Shown one piece after another: positions 25,288-38,747 of a stretch of 64,000 bases of DNA. This DNA comes from Octopus sinensis (lineage: Eukaryota). The notes under the pieces were generated by a model. That model did not search any database. It saw only the letters and a program-made list of their open reading frames with translations, and was not told the origin of the DNA. The stretch spans positions 53,692,001 to 53,756,000 of the forward strand of contig NC_043012.1 in the NCBI RefSeq assembly GCF_006345805.1. The letters are read 5' to 3'. The position numbers and the translations under genes were made by a program. Position 1 is the stretch's first letter, and each line of letters starts with the position of its first letter.

Positions 25288-25655
25288 CCGTTGTAGGCTT
25301 TATTGTCGTGCCCCACCTATGCAGCGGGGGATTTGAATTGTTATCCTCATTAAGAGGGAAAAAATAATATAGGTTTCCCGTTTTGAGGGATAATCAATTT
25401 ATTATTGCATGACAAATTAAAGTTTAGCCGTTGTAGGCTCTATTGTGACACCCGCCCCTAGCGTGGGTGAGATTTGAACTGTTGTCCTCGTTGTGAGGAA
25501 AAAAATATTATAGGTTTCCCGTTTTGGGGGAATCTGTATTTTTATTATTGTGTGGAAAAAAATTAATTTCGAACGTTGTAGGGGTGGGATTTGAAGTGTT
25601 GTCCTCGTTGAGAGAAAAAAAAAGTGAAAAATTATAGGTTTCCCTTTTTCTGGGA
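25288..25655 (+). repeat. Three ~140-bp tandem monomers in the LINE 5'UTR
   Basis: Repeated CGTTGTAGG...GATTTGAA.TGTT.TCCTC...TATAGGTTTCCC. Confidence 0.85.
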
Positions 25656-25724
25656 TTAAATTGTGTATAAATTTATTCCGAATGAATATGTCGGTCGAAG
25701 TAATTCAAGAAACAAACCAGCTGC

Positions 25725-26392
25725 ATGAGCCAGCAAAAAGTTCGCGGCAGTAGTCGCTGTATCGTGTAGAAATGTAGTAATACAAACGGAGAAGCTCTCC
25801 GAGCTTTTTGAGAAAATGAAAGAGGAGGGTGGGGTTATAAAGATCTCACCCTCCTCTAGTGCTGAAAATATGAAGAGAAGGATGAACGTACTGTCCTTCA
25901 TCGAAAAAATTCAAGCACTTCGAAAAGGCCATGCACACACCGGTTTCAACAGAAACAAATGCACCCATCCCCTCTGAAGTAACAACTCCTCTGGAAGACA
26001 TCATGGAGGTGACCGAGGGGGAGTTCAAGACACCCAGGAAAAAGAGAACGCTTGCACCTTCCCCATCCATATCCCCCACAAAAAAGAAGAAAAATAAAAC
26101 ACCGCAGAAAAAAAAATTTCCCGCTCCACTGTCTCAGAAGAGAAAATAAAAAAGAAAAATAGACGGAACAAAAACCCTGGTAAAATTTGATACTGGGGAT
26201 AAATATATCATGGACACGTTAAAGAACCATCACATTGTGGAACTGTTGCAGCGGCCAGAAGGCACGGAAGAGAGATGTGCCTGGATACCTGAAAAACTGT
26301 ATAATGAAATGAAGGGTAGGCATCCGAGAACCATCACGAACATCTCGGACCTTCCGCGGTATTTGAAGGAGTTTTTGGAGAAGCAGGAGTAA
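25725..26392 (+). pseudogene. LINE ORF1 remnant (frameshifted, basic/Pro-rich)
   Basis: Broken ORFs 25931-26149 and 26210-26392 between the 5'UTR and ORF2. Confidence 0.5.
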
Positions 26393-26486
26393 AGGACTGC
26401 CTCACGTGTGGTGAGGTCAGCCTAGCATCACCAATAAAAGAAAAAGTCAAAGAGTAAGTAGAACCCTTGCTTTTCTTTTGTTTAAA

Positions 26487-29400
26487 ATGACTGCACTTAA
26501 CCTTGGGTGTTTGAATGTGCGTGGTCTGAGCTCGAAGTGGAAGCAAGCTTGTTTCCTCGACGACCTCAGATCACACGATATGCATGTGATAGTTGCTACA
26601 GAGACCTTCTACAAGCCTTCTCACCTCTCCTGAATGACTATGCGACAATCCTGTCACCAAGCCGGACCGGAGGGCGAGTGGGTGTAGTAGTAATGGTTCG
26701 AAAATGCTTGGCTCTGCAGACAAGTACAGTCTATATAGACCCAGAAGGTGGGCTGGTCGTCCTTGATGTGACATACAGCATTAAGGCCTTCAGGTTGATC
26801 GGGATCTATGCACCTCGTGCTAGAGGATTTCAAACTGATTTTTATCGACGCCCAGAGAACTCTCTCGTGCCGTCGAAGTCATTAGTGGTGTTAGGTGACT
26901 ATTACGCTACCGTTGACGCACGCATCGATAGCGTTGGCTCGATCTATAGGAAAGTAAACTCACGTCTCGTAGATCTGCTCAAGCGTTTTAACCTGGCAGA
27001 TCGTTACAGACTTGACACTCCGAACGTCTCAGAGTGGACTTGGATGAGTGGCGACGGCAGGGTCAAGTCCTATTTAGATAGGATAGTGATAAGAACTGGA
27101 GATAAGTCTAGTTTTAGCTGTCCACAGCTTGTCCAAGTAGCTTACACTGACCATAGAATGGCTAAGTGTAGACTGGACATAGATAGTACAGTTAAAATAG
27201 GATCCAGCAACTTGAAGCTGAACAAGTCTATTTTGACTTGCGAGGCATACAGTAGCCGGATTGAGGAATTAGTACAGAGGGCGTTAACCAGGGCGGTGGT
27301 TAATAACCGATGGTGGTTCGCCCTCAAGAGAGCTATTCGTTTTGAGTCTATTAGGTTTAGATGTCAGCTAAGACTAGATAAGACCAGAATTGAAGGGCAA
27401 CTAGTTAAGGACCTACAGGAGGCGTCGAAGTTGGGCTCTGCATCTCACATTTTGGCAGCGAGAATGGCCTTGGACCGTCACCTCAAAGCTAAACATGAGA
27501 GGTGCAGAGTTCGAGCTGAAGTGCGAGCATAGGACCGTGAGGGAATTAATGTTGCCGGATGGGCCCGTACGGTAGAAACCCAGCGTGGCAATGATGCCAC
27601 AATTAGGTCTCTCGTGGATGAAATGAGTGTTCGGTCGATGGACGGGACGAGATGTGTGAGACGATTCACAAGCACTTTACCGAGTTGTTTATGAATGGCG
27701 GGGCACTGGATCATGGCGAGGCTCTTAGGGACTTCCTGTCTGGCGGCCGCGTCTCTCGGCACGAGAGGCTAAGTGCTGTGAAGCGCCAATCACGGCCGAG
27801 CAGGTGAATAAAGTACTGGGCGAATGCCCCGGGGAGAAGTCGCCGGGTCTCGATGGTCTGCCTTACGAATATTACAAAAGTATTCCAGACTTGTTCGGGG
27901 ACCTGCTGGACAGCATCTACGCCAATTGGCAGCAGAATGGGAGAATTCCCAAGTCTGCGAGCGGAGGGGTGGTGACGTCGCTCAGGAAGAACCTGAGGGA
28001 CGAAATAGGGAACTTCAGGCCCATAACTCTGCTGAACACAGAGTTAAAGATTTTGGCCAAGGTGCTAGCGAAAAGGTTGGCGCGGGTCATCGACAAACTT
28101 GTCGGGGAAGCGCAAACGTGCGCTATCCCGGGCAGGACGATCCACGACAATCTCTACCTTATACGCTACTCCATAGAGAGGGTGGGGAAGCTTTCTGGCG
28201 CAGGGGGGGGGCACCGGTACATTTAGACCAATCTAAGGCATTCGATAGGGTCGACCATCGGTACTTGGCGGCGGTCTTCGAGAAGGCTGGCCTGGGGCCG
28301 ACCTTCCGCGGTTGGATTGCTGCGTTGTACAGCGACATCGAATCCGTCGTAAAAGTGAATGGTTTCATTTCGAAGCCATTCAGGATCGAGCGCTCAATGC
28401 GTCAGGGGTATCCTCTGTCCCCGCCGTAGGACGGAAGGTACTGTTAAGCTGCTTCGGGCCAGGCCTCCAGATAGAGACAAACTGGAATCAGGTGGCCAGC
28501 AAGGTGACTGCTCTAACCCAGACCTGGTCTGGGCGGGAGTTATACTTGCTAGGAAAGGCGGAGGTGGTGCAGCTGTTCATAGCATCGGTTATACCTACCG
28601 TGTGACCGTGGTGCCTTGCCCCGACTTGTGACTGAACAAGTTGGAGAGAATCCTTTTCCGCTTTTTGTGGAAGGAAGGAAAGCCACTCGTGAAGCGCTAT
28701 GTCTGCTGCCAGAAACCGCTAAAGGGTGGGCTTGGGATGCCTTGACTGAGGATACGAAAGTTCGCGTTAAGGTTGAGACACCTCTGGCTTTACCTGGATG
28801 GAGAGCAGGTGTGGTCATCGCATGTTCGGTTCTACCTTCCGCAATTAACTTCCTTAACGGACATTGGTAATTGGATCAAGCAAGACCTCGGCATGGGAAT
28901 GGCAATTGGAATGCCGCCAGGCACTTCAGCTACTCTACTGGGCGGGCCACGCCAGCAATAGGAGTTCCACCGCGGATTTCTATAGTGGGTTAGTGGAGGT
29001 AAAGTCTGAAGACGCCTCGGGGGAGACCCTGGGCTACGATGAAAATCAGTTAATCGGCCTTTTCCGGAGAACTATCGGCCCGATGTATCTGGACAATTAC
29101 CGGAAATCCCTGACTTGGCAGTACTTCCGTGCGGCATTACCTGTTCGTGATAAATTGTCAAGGCACGGAAGTGCCGTCTCGCCGACATGTCCGAGGTGCG
29201 GGCAGGACAGGGAAACTGTCTTGCACGCATTTGTGGAATATCTGGAATTAACGAGACTGATAGTTTTCGCAGAGCAACAGTTGCCATCGATGGAAAGAGT
29301 ACAGCTATCAGCTGAATCTATCATCGAGATTGTGCCACCTCCTTCCCTTAACAGGGATTGAAGGCTTGCTTTTTCTGCGTAGTAGCCATACTGAAAGAAA

Positions 29401-29555
29401 CAGTATGGAAGACGCGTGTGGGAGGCATAGTGTCGGGTACCTTTCTATCCGGCCAGGGGTTGGTTAGCTTTTTTAGTTACCACATCAGTAGTAAGATCAG
29501 GCTGGAGAAGATGGAGCCTGTGGCGATGAAGCTGGGAGTGTTCGGCACCGGGTAA
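26487..29555 (+). pseudogene. LINE ORF2 (APE endonuclease + reverse transcriptase + CxxC-H knuckle), disrupted; the YADD region is deleted
   Basis: MTALNLGCLNVRGL, IYAP, VLGDY, SYLDRI, TDH, KSPGLDGLP, NFRPITLLNTELKILAKVLA.RL, LDQSKAFDRVDH, RQGYPLSP then a jump to post-RT sequence near 28425; CPRCGQDRETVLH. Confidence 0.9.
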
Positions 29556-29973
29556 GTGGAAGCCAAAAACAGGGAAGAAAATGCAAGGGGTCTACCCTGG
29601 TGGTCGGATGCCTATCCTTCACAGAAGCCATTACAAATTTTATTTCTAATGAGCGACGCTTAAGTCGAAAATTATAAATATATTCATTAAATTATAGTTT
29701 TTTTTTTAATTGTAAATATTTAATCGCTACAGCTACTTCACCCTTTTATGTTTGTCTGTTCTTGTTCGTCCGCTCTTTGTATTGCCTTCATGGCAAATAC
29801 TTATGAAATAAATTAGCTTGCTTACGAACCACATGGTTCTGGGTTCAGTCCCACTGCGTGACACCTTGGGAAAGTGTCTTCTACTATAGCCTCCGGCCGA
29901 CCAAAATTTTGTGAGTGGATTTGGTAGAAGGAAACTGAAAGAAGCCCGTCGAATACATGTATGTATGTATGTA

Positions 29974-30004
<31 letters not shown>

Positions 30005-31419
30005 GTGTATACGTTTGTGTGTCTGTGTTTGTTCCCCAACATCGCTTGACAACCGATGCTGGTGTGTTTACGTCCCCGTACCTTAGCGGTTCGGCAAAAT
30101 GAGACCGATAGACTAAGTCCTAGGCTTACAAAGAATAAGTCCTGGGGTCTATTTGCTCGACTAAAGGCGGTGTTTCAGCATGGCCACAGTCAAATGACTG
30201 AAACGAGTAAAAGAGCAAAACTTTGAAAATATTCCTGCTACACTTCTACAATTGTTTTCTATGCTCTCTCCGTGCGTTATTATAACTTCTGACTGATAAT
30301 AAACGAAAGCGAGAAAATCGAATGAGCGTCGGAGTAAAACTCCATCTGGAATAAATAAATTAATAAATTCTACTAACTACATGTATACTCTCCCATGTAT
30401 AGACAAATCCACACATTCAACAGATTGATATATCTATAATTATATCTGGGGATTGCAGTTAGAAAGGTACAAGTCTGGGTAAGGTTGTTTATGGAAAACC
30501 AGCAGTCGCCCATGCATGCTAGCTCTTCTCCACGTCACCGATGTTATCCGAGGGAAAGGCAAAGACTGATACAGCTTGCCACCTGTGGCGTCACAACCCA
30601 TTTCCACAGCTCAGTGAACTGGAGCAACGTGAAATAAAGTATCTTACTCGAGAACACAACTCACAGCCCGGTCTGGGATACGAACTCACTACCTCAAGAT
30701 TATGAGCCTATATATATACACACACACACACACACAGAAAGAGAGAGCAAGAGGCGAGCTACTATTAGTTTCTTGCCATGAAGACATAAGGTACGTTATC
30801 AAGACCTCTCTAGCTACGTGTTTCCCTGACAAGAAACCATTGATAGCTCTTATGTTCATACAGTGTACATCAAATGATATTTATCTCTCATTGGAAATGA
30901 GTACCTTTTTGTTGGTCTTACCTTAATAAAACTGTAACCCCCTCTCCCCCCCTCTCTCTCTGTAATCTGACTTTCTTCATAACACAAGCACAAAGTAGTT
31001 TGTTTTCTATACACAACTCCATTTACGAAATAAACATTCGTCCTCTAACGTAGATATGGTTTATAGGGGTAAATTTAAGACACTTAAATGAAGAAATACC
31101 GTTTTTAAACATTCAAATCCATCACTACCCACCTCATACGTGGGTGGCAATTATGGGGAATAACTATTTAACATATTCATTATAGAGTTATACCCCTTGT
31201 GAAGTATATCCGGCCTTACAGCTTAGCTGTTCCTTTTTTTGTTTTTTAATGTAATAAAATTAGGCTAAACAATTCCAAACGCTGCCAACCGACAGCGCAA
31301 TTGTCAAGCATGCTCGGGAAGCAAAAACGTTGAGAGAACTACTAAAGAAAACTAAGTTATATTCGTAGCTTTGAAACAGAACTGCTGTGCACAAAAGAAG
31401 AGACACACGCACTGACATG

Positions 31420-31510
31420 CAGACATACATACATACATACATACACATACACACACACATACATACATATATACATGCATACATACATACATACATACAC
31501 ATACATACAA

Positions 31511-31541
<31 letters not shown>

Positions 31542-31696
31542 TACACATACATACATACGTACGCACGTGCATACATACATACATACATACATACATACAT
31601 ACATACATCCATACAAACATACAAACATACATACATACATACATACGTACGTGCATGCATACATACATACATACATACATACATATACATATACAT

Positions 31697-31729
<33 letters not shown>

Positions 31730-32091
31730 TACATACACACATACATACATACACACATACATACACACATACATTCATACACATACATACACACATATAC
31801 ATACATACATGCATACATACATACATACATACATGCATACATACATACATACATACAAACATACATACATACATACATACATACATACGTACGTACGTGC
31901 ATACATACGTACGTACGTGCATACATACGTACGTACATGCATACATACGTACGTACATGCATACATACGTTCGTACGTGCATACATACACACACATACAT
32001 ACATACATACATACATACATACATACATACATACATACAAACATACATGCATACATACATACATACATACATACATACATACATACATGCA
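31420..32091. repeat. Long degenerate (CATA)n satellite (similar tract 57615-57788)
   Basis: Direct reading. Confidence 0.95.
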
Positions 32092-32896
32092 TATTTTGTT
32101 TCAGTCATTAGACTGCGACCATGCTGGGGTAGCATCTTGAAGAACTTTTAGGAATCAACCTCAGTCCGTTTTTCTTTTCTTTTCTTTTCTTTCCTTTTAT
32201 GAGCCTGGTACTTATTCTATCGGCCCTCTTGCCGACCCGCTAACTTAAGGGGACATAAACATACCAACACCGTTCCTCGAGTGGTCACTGGGTACAAACA
32301 CAGATAGAAACACGCAACGGCCCCTCTCACTCTCTCTCCCTACACACACATATACACACAAACACACACAGACACACACACACGAATACGAAATACGCTT
32401 ATTGTCTGTTCACGTAAAGTTCCGTATTAAGCCGCAGGAAATATGAATGCGGTCATCTGGTTTCCATGGTGTTCAGGTTACAGAGATTACAATAAGACTC
32501 CTGAAAGAGATCCAGGTCCGTAGGTGAGTAACCTGGAGCAACGAGAAATGAAGTGTTTTACTTAAGAATAAAGATTGTGTGTGTGTATGTGTGTGTGTCA
32601 CGATATATATATATTCTGCTCTTAGAGTTAATGTGAAAGTGGCTGAGCACTCCACAAACACATTTACCCCTAACGTAGTTCTCGGGGAGATTCGGCGTAA
32701 CACAGAGTGTGACAAGGCTGGCCCTTTGAAATAGAGGTGCAACAGAAACAGGAGGAAAGAGTGAGAGAAAGTTGTGGCGAAAGAGTACAGCACAGTTGGC
32801 CACCACCGCACCCCCTGCCGGAGCCTAGTGGAGAATTTAGATGTTTTTGCTCAAAAAACATTCACAATGCCCGGTCTGGGAATTGAAATACACACA

Positions 32897-32952
<56 letters not shown>

Positions 32953-32954
<2 letters not shown>

Positions 32955-33265
32955 AATTGAATTAGAGATAAAACCACTATTAGGCAAATAAAACAGTGAA
33001 AAACATAAACGAAAACATAAAAATAAATATAATTAATATAATATACAAAAAATATATAAGTTAAATTATTAAATTTTAATTTTTTTATATTAATTTATAT
33101 AAAAATTTATAAATATAAAAAATTTTTAATTTAATAATTTAAATTTTAAATTTTATATTTTTCGTATATTATACTAATTATATTTATTTTTATGTTTTGG
33201 TTTATGTTTTTCACTGTTAGATTTGCCAAATAGTGGTTTTATCTCCAATTTAATTTATATATATA
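32953..33265. repeat. ~310-bp AT-rich fold-back palindrome in (TA)n; related half at ~35950-36072
   Basis: GAGATAAAACCACTATTAGGCAAAT..AACAGTGAAAAACATAAAC versus GTTTATGTTTTTCACTGTT..ATTTGCCAAATAGTGGTTTTATCTC. Confidence 0.85.
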
Positions 33266-33360
33266 CTGTGAAATTTGATTTATTCTTAAATCTAATTTTT
33301 CCCTGTAAGTTTGGATTGAATCCCTAATATTATAATATATATATATATTATATATATATA

Positions 33361-33391
<31 letters not shown>

Positions 33392-33444
33392 ATATGTATG
33401 TGTATATGTATATATATATATATGTATGTAGTGTATATGTATAT

Positions 33445-33498
<54 letters not shown>

Positions 33499-33594
33499 GG
33501 AGTAAACACATAAATGTGAAATAAGGTGGAAAAAAGAGTACTCAAATACCAGTGTAGAGTAATATGCTTTATTTAAAGTAGCAGAAAATTCTAC

Positions 33595-33641
33595 AAAACC
33601 TGTTACTCTGAGTTTCGCGTTGCCGTTCATCGGACAGTTTT
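33595..33641 (-). ncRNA. Minimal type-I hammerhead ribozyme candidate (U4C core)
   Basis: Minus strand reads AAAACTGT-CCGATGA-ACG GCAA CGC-GAA-ACTC A GAGT-A-ACAGGTTTT; GUA cleavage triplet, helix I CTGT/ACAG. Confidence 0.65.
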
Positions 33642-33643
33642 TG

Positions 33644-33703
<60 letters not shown>

Positions 33704-34158
33704 GCACGTGTGTGTGTATGCGCTTAAGCGCGTGAATGCGTGTCCTTGCATCTGCAAAATAGACCATTAAAATAAGTACGAGGTTTAAACAGATAAATCG
33801 GTGGGGTAGGCTTGTGCGACTAGAACACTCAAAGCCGTGCTCCAGAATGGCCGCTAGCATATGACTGAAACAAGTAAAAGAAAAGAACGTATATATATAC
33901 ACACACGCGCATCGCGCACACACAGACACACACACAGAAGCATACACGCACACGCACACACACAAACAAACAAGTAAACAAGGTCACGAAAGCATGCGCA
34001 CATAAGGATACACATATTAGAAGAACAGAATGGAGTAAGTGGAGCAAGAACACACACGAAAATGAAAGTGTCACTGAAGAGGTCACAGATGTGTGACGAA
34101 AGAGTTTTTGGACAATGGACATGAGTTAAAATAATAAAATAAGAACAGTAATAATGAG

Positions 34159-34219
<61 letters not shown>

Positions 34220-34279
34220 GATAGACAGACAGACAGACAGACAACAGACAGACAGATAGATAGATATAGATAGATAGAT

Positions 34280-34345
<66 letters not shown>

Positions 34346-35013
34346 CGCACGTGTGTTTATTTAGCAGTAAAAAATGGCCGTCCCGAAATACAACAATATA
34401 TCGTATATCCGGATAAGAACACACTCTAAAGTATAAAGCAACTGAGTATTAAATGTCTCGTCATGGAGTAACCAATGTTTCGGCATTCACGAAAGCGGCA
34501 TCTGACTCTATACAAAGACAAATTTAACTTTCCAACTCTCGGAGATGGAAATTTGTTACGGTCAACTCGTCAAAGAGTCATCGGAGGATAACATTTCCGG
34601 CGTTGGTGACAGCAGATTATTTCTCCTACACCACCCCACCAGCCAATTTGGAGAATAGGAATCTATTTCCTGGCCTGCTGACAGATGGTAAGGAATCTTA
34701 TGAGCTTAATCTGCGAACAAGGAATACCAAATTTTGCAGCAGGTAGCGCTTGAAATGGATACATTGTGAGAATATTTCTTTGGCGAGTGTTAAGCGAGCC
34801 AGGTCTGAGTTTTGAAGTATTCTGGCTCGTTCAGCTATGCAGAACTAGAAGCGCCAGCTCTTGTTAATGTAAGGGGCCCAGCCATTCTAATATCTTCCAC
34901 TTGATCTTTGAGGCGTCATACATGAGCTGTCCACGACACTGCGGCTTTGGTGGGTGCGAAACCATTGGTCAGTCTATGACCAGATTTAAATTTTCGTGCT
35001 TTAACAATATATA

Positions 35014-35083
<70 letters not shown>

Positions 35084-35222
35084 TGAGATCATCGTGACCG
35101 GCTATCAGATGTTGCTACACATCGCTGGTCACAATGCGCTGCGCATTGTTTTAGCCTTCAAATGACGCCACCCCACTGGCTAAGCGAGCAGGCCTATATA
35201 TATATATATAGTATATTATATA

Positions 35223-35372
<150 letters not shown>

Positions 35373-35908
35373 GGAGAGAGATGCATGCATATATACATAC
35401 ACATATCTATATACATAATTAAGTATGTATATATATGTATTTGTGTATGTGTGTATGGATGAATGTCTGTATGTATGTGTGTGTATGTATGTATGTATGG
35501 ATGGATGGATGGATGGATGGATGTATGAATTTTTTCACAAATTTCACTTATTTCAAATATGTTTTTTTTAATTGTCCACGATCTTAACAAATCGAAAACA
35601 GCTGTCGCTACCCTGAATAGCATAACGATCAAAATAAAGAAATCGGAAGAAAGATTTCTGACAACACATGTCAATATTTTATGAATGACATTCATTTGTA
35701 ATATAGAATATTAGCGTTTCTGAACAGAAGCTAAATTTAGTATAGAGGAACAGACGTCGTGACGAGACAGACTGTGGTCTTGTTCTCTGTCTGAAACTTA
35801 TGCTTATGATGTTCAGCTAACACTATATGCAAGATTATAATACTATCACTATATATATATGTATGTGTGTGTGTGTTCGCGTGTGTTTGTGTATGTGTGT
35901 TTGTGTGC

Positions 35909-35956
<48 letters not shown>

Positions 35957-36068
35957 TAATAAAATAAATAATAAAAATGGCGATTTATTTACTTTATATT
36001 AACATTTTTTTAATGTTTTGATTAAGTCTTTCCTTGTTTGATTTACAAAATAGTGGTTTTGTCTCTAA

Positions 36069-36137
<69 letters not shown>

Positions 36138-36213
36138 TCGCCATGTTTATTCGCTAGCCTCTGCACGCATTTTTTTTCTCTCCTTGTTTCTCTCCGTGTT
36201 TCTTTTCTGTGTA

Positions 36214-36251
36214 TCTTTCTGTTGAAGAGCGTAGGCTCGAAACGTAAAAGA
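36214..36251 (+). ncRNA. Variant minimal hammerhead in a Penelope-like repeat (36135-36350; inverse copy 54830-55065)
   Basis: TCTTT-CTGTTGA-A-GAGC GTAG GCTC-GAAACGTA-AAAGA. Confidence 0.55.
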
Positions 36252-38406
36252 CTTGTTTTATTTATATTCCTGAGCGCCATACTAATACGATTGTTTGTTT
36301 GTATTCCACCTGCCTTCGTCTTTTGTTTATTTTCCATAAAGCTTCCCGTTATATATATATGTATAATATATACATATGTGTATATATATATGTGTGTGTG
36401 TGCGTGTGTGTGCATATAATCATACGTATACATATACCTACATATCTGTATAATTATATATATATTATACGTATATATACCTATCTATAATACATTAAAA
36501 GGCTGTTTGAATCTTGCTTACTTGCTTGCAATTTTACCCAACCAAACTGGAACATAATGGGAAAATACTATGAATTACGTTACCCTGAAATGTTAATACG
36601 AATGGAATGAAACAATTTTCTCGTAAATCAGAGCGGTAGTTATTGAGATATTCGGGGTTTTGGGAGTATAAATACCAAAAACGGTGCATAATGTGAAAAT
36701 GTTCTGAAACATTCAAACAAGAGACGCTTCTAAAGAAAAAACAAGAAGGAAAAACACAACGTTACAATAATTCGATGTGAAACAGGCATAGATCAGATGT
36801 TAATAGTTTACTAAGTTTCCGATGGTGTACTTTTAAATTCCTACGGATTTATTTTTTGAAATATGGACATAAAGAAAAAAATCTCATTCCTCGAATTTAT
36901 GTATTCGTTGGAAGTTCTCATGTGTTTTAATAGATAAAGTTTTTGAAGCAAACACATTGAATATATTTAGACCCGTTAAAAATCCAAACCTTATATTAAC
37001 GTATCTAATAAATGTTCAGCGTATTCACTTTTAAAGCTGTATCTGTTAAAATACTTGAGAATCTCCAATGAATACTCAAATTCGAGGAACGAGATTTATT
37101 GTCTCTATACATACTTCAAAACAATTACCTTGTCTAAATTTAGAAGTGTTTGCTGATCATGATCCTAGAATTGAACGTAATGTAAAAAATACAGAAACAC
37201 TTTCCAATGAACGCAGTTCCTACACTGTATGGTACAAAGAGATGAGGCGTCATAAACAAGAATCTAATCCCGTTTATTTCAGACGACTGGGAGCGTTGTG
37301 GATGCTGGAGCTTTTAAACATTAACAGAATAAATATAATAGATTTCTCAGTCCGAAATTCTGACTGAACTCTACACTCTGCATCTATAATATGGAACTCA
37401 TTATACCAGTAAAATACTGAGGTTAAAGCAATCTATTGCGTACCATCTAATAAAACAAGTTCCTCCTCAAAATATATCCTCATACATCCCCAAATGTATA
37501 AAGAAATACTTCTAAATATTTTGGGATTTTGGAAAGGAGTTAACACGGAAAGCAGGAAGAGTTGTTAGGAAGTTCGACAAAATGGTAAACGATATTTCTT
37601 ATAGCTTTTTATGTCCTGTATTCAAATACTGATGAGGATAATTTTGCCTTTAATTCTTTCGGGGTCGATAAAATGAGTAAATATAAAATGTTGTGGTTTA
37701 TGTGATCACCTAGCCCCCTCCCATCACAATTGCTGCCTTTGAGTTAAAAATTACAAAGAATTATTTTGAAAAGAATTAAGACGGTTGGCATGACCAAAAA
37801 CAGAAGACTGAAATGTATTATTCGTTACTTTATTATTATGATAGCAAAAGGTGGTGAGCTGGTAGAATCATTAGCACGCTGGACAAAATGCATAGCGACA
37901 TTTTGTCCGTCTTTACCTTGTGGGTTCAAATTCAACCGAGGTCGACTTTGCTTCGGGGTCGATAAAATAAGTATAGATGGAATCGTTGGCCCTCTCCCAC
38001 AAAATTTCAGGCTTTTTGTCTGTAATAGAAAGGAATATTGTGAGATCAAGTCGGCCTTGGGTATACTTTGATTTTGCTCTGCACTGTGTGTAAAATAATT
38101 CCTGCAATGGCTTTGCGAAACGATTCAACTAATTACAATTCATTCCCCGTTATTATAGATCTTGCATCTTGTTTCCTACCAAATTTCGGTCTCATATCCA
38201 ATCAAAATGAAAAGCCAATAACTCAAGATTTTAAGGCACGCATCAGAAATCAATATCTATTGTGTACAACATACATTAGAACATGTCAAACATTGCTACA
38301 TAGAAAGATATCAAACTCTACTTGCATAATTACGGTTGGAAGATATCGAGTACTGCTTCTATGACTGACTTGCAAATGCATTGATATGATTTATTATTTA
38401 TTATAG

Positions 38407-38544
38407 GGTGTAAACTCAGAGCCACCGGGTATTCTTCGCTACCACGCAAGTTACAAATTTGGTTGCCAATAATAACAATTATTCTCTAGAAGTCACCTAT
38501 AATGTCAACTTACCTGAAGCGGCGTTTATATCCAGTTTCAAAAT
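38407..38544 (+). pseudogene. ITIH-like paralog B, first VIT-domain exon (frame break near 38428)
   Basis: GVNSEPP in one frame, then FATTQVTNLVAN..EVTYNVNLPEAAFISSFKM in another (VIT RFA.T...LP..AFI..F.M); AT|gtatgt donor. Confidence 0.75.
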
Positions 38545-38635
38545 GTATGTATTTTATACTGACGTTAAAACTAACTATAATCTTCGATTACATTATCGAA
38601 TAATAATATCATATTTCTGCTTTCTTTATAAACAG

Positions 38636-38747
38636 GGTGATCGATGGTGTTGAATATCCGGGTGAAGTTAAAGAAAAGGAACAAGCTAGAAAGATTCACG
38701 GAAAAGCCAAACAGAAAGGTCAAATCGCAGGTCATGTTGCCAAAAAA
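38636..38747 (+). pseudogene. ITIH-like paralog B, VIT exon (VIDGVEYPGEVKEKEQARKIHGKAKQKGQIAGHV)
   Basis: aacAG acceptor in phase 2; classic VIT IDG..Y.G.VKEKE.A motif. Confidence 0.85.

Larger units (their letters stand above)
25053..29813 (+). mobile_element. Tx1/L1-clade non-LTR retrotransposon with both ends present but decayed; 12-bp TSD TAGCTTGCTTAC
   Basis: 5'UTR with tandem monomers, ORF1 remnant, ORF2 with APE, RT and C-terminal Cys motif; TSD at 25041-25052 and 29814-29825; ends in GAAATAAAT. Confidence 0.92.
25017..30215 (+). mobile_element. SINE family 1 copy split by the LINE (head 25017-25052; body 29814-30215)
   Basis: Head GTGTGGCTGTGTGGTAAGTAGCTTGCTTAC resumes as TAGCTTGCTTACGAACCACATGGTTCTGGGTTCAGTCCC. 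Confidence 0.9.

Noticed and set aside
25288-25655. Repeat array as a possible CRISPR
   Set aside because: Long degenerate tandem monomers without unique spacers, in eukaryotic DNA, inside a LINE UTR.
26507-27532. 341-aa ORF as an intact gene or active LINE
   Set aside because: It is a frameshift-bounded piece of ORF2; the RT lacks the YADD region and has stops.
31260-32151. Long MYVC/HTYI ORFs (also the YIYI, CVCV and poly-I/L/N ORFs throughout)
   Set aside because: Stop-free microsatellite frames.
34380-35000. GC-richer block, possibly a decayed transposon ORF
   Set aside because: No recognisable motif in any frame I read.
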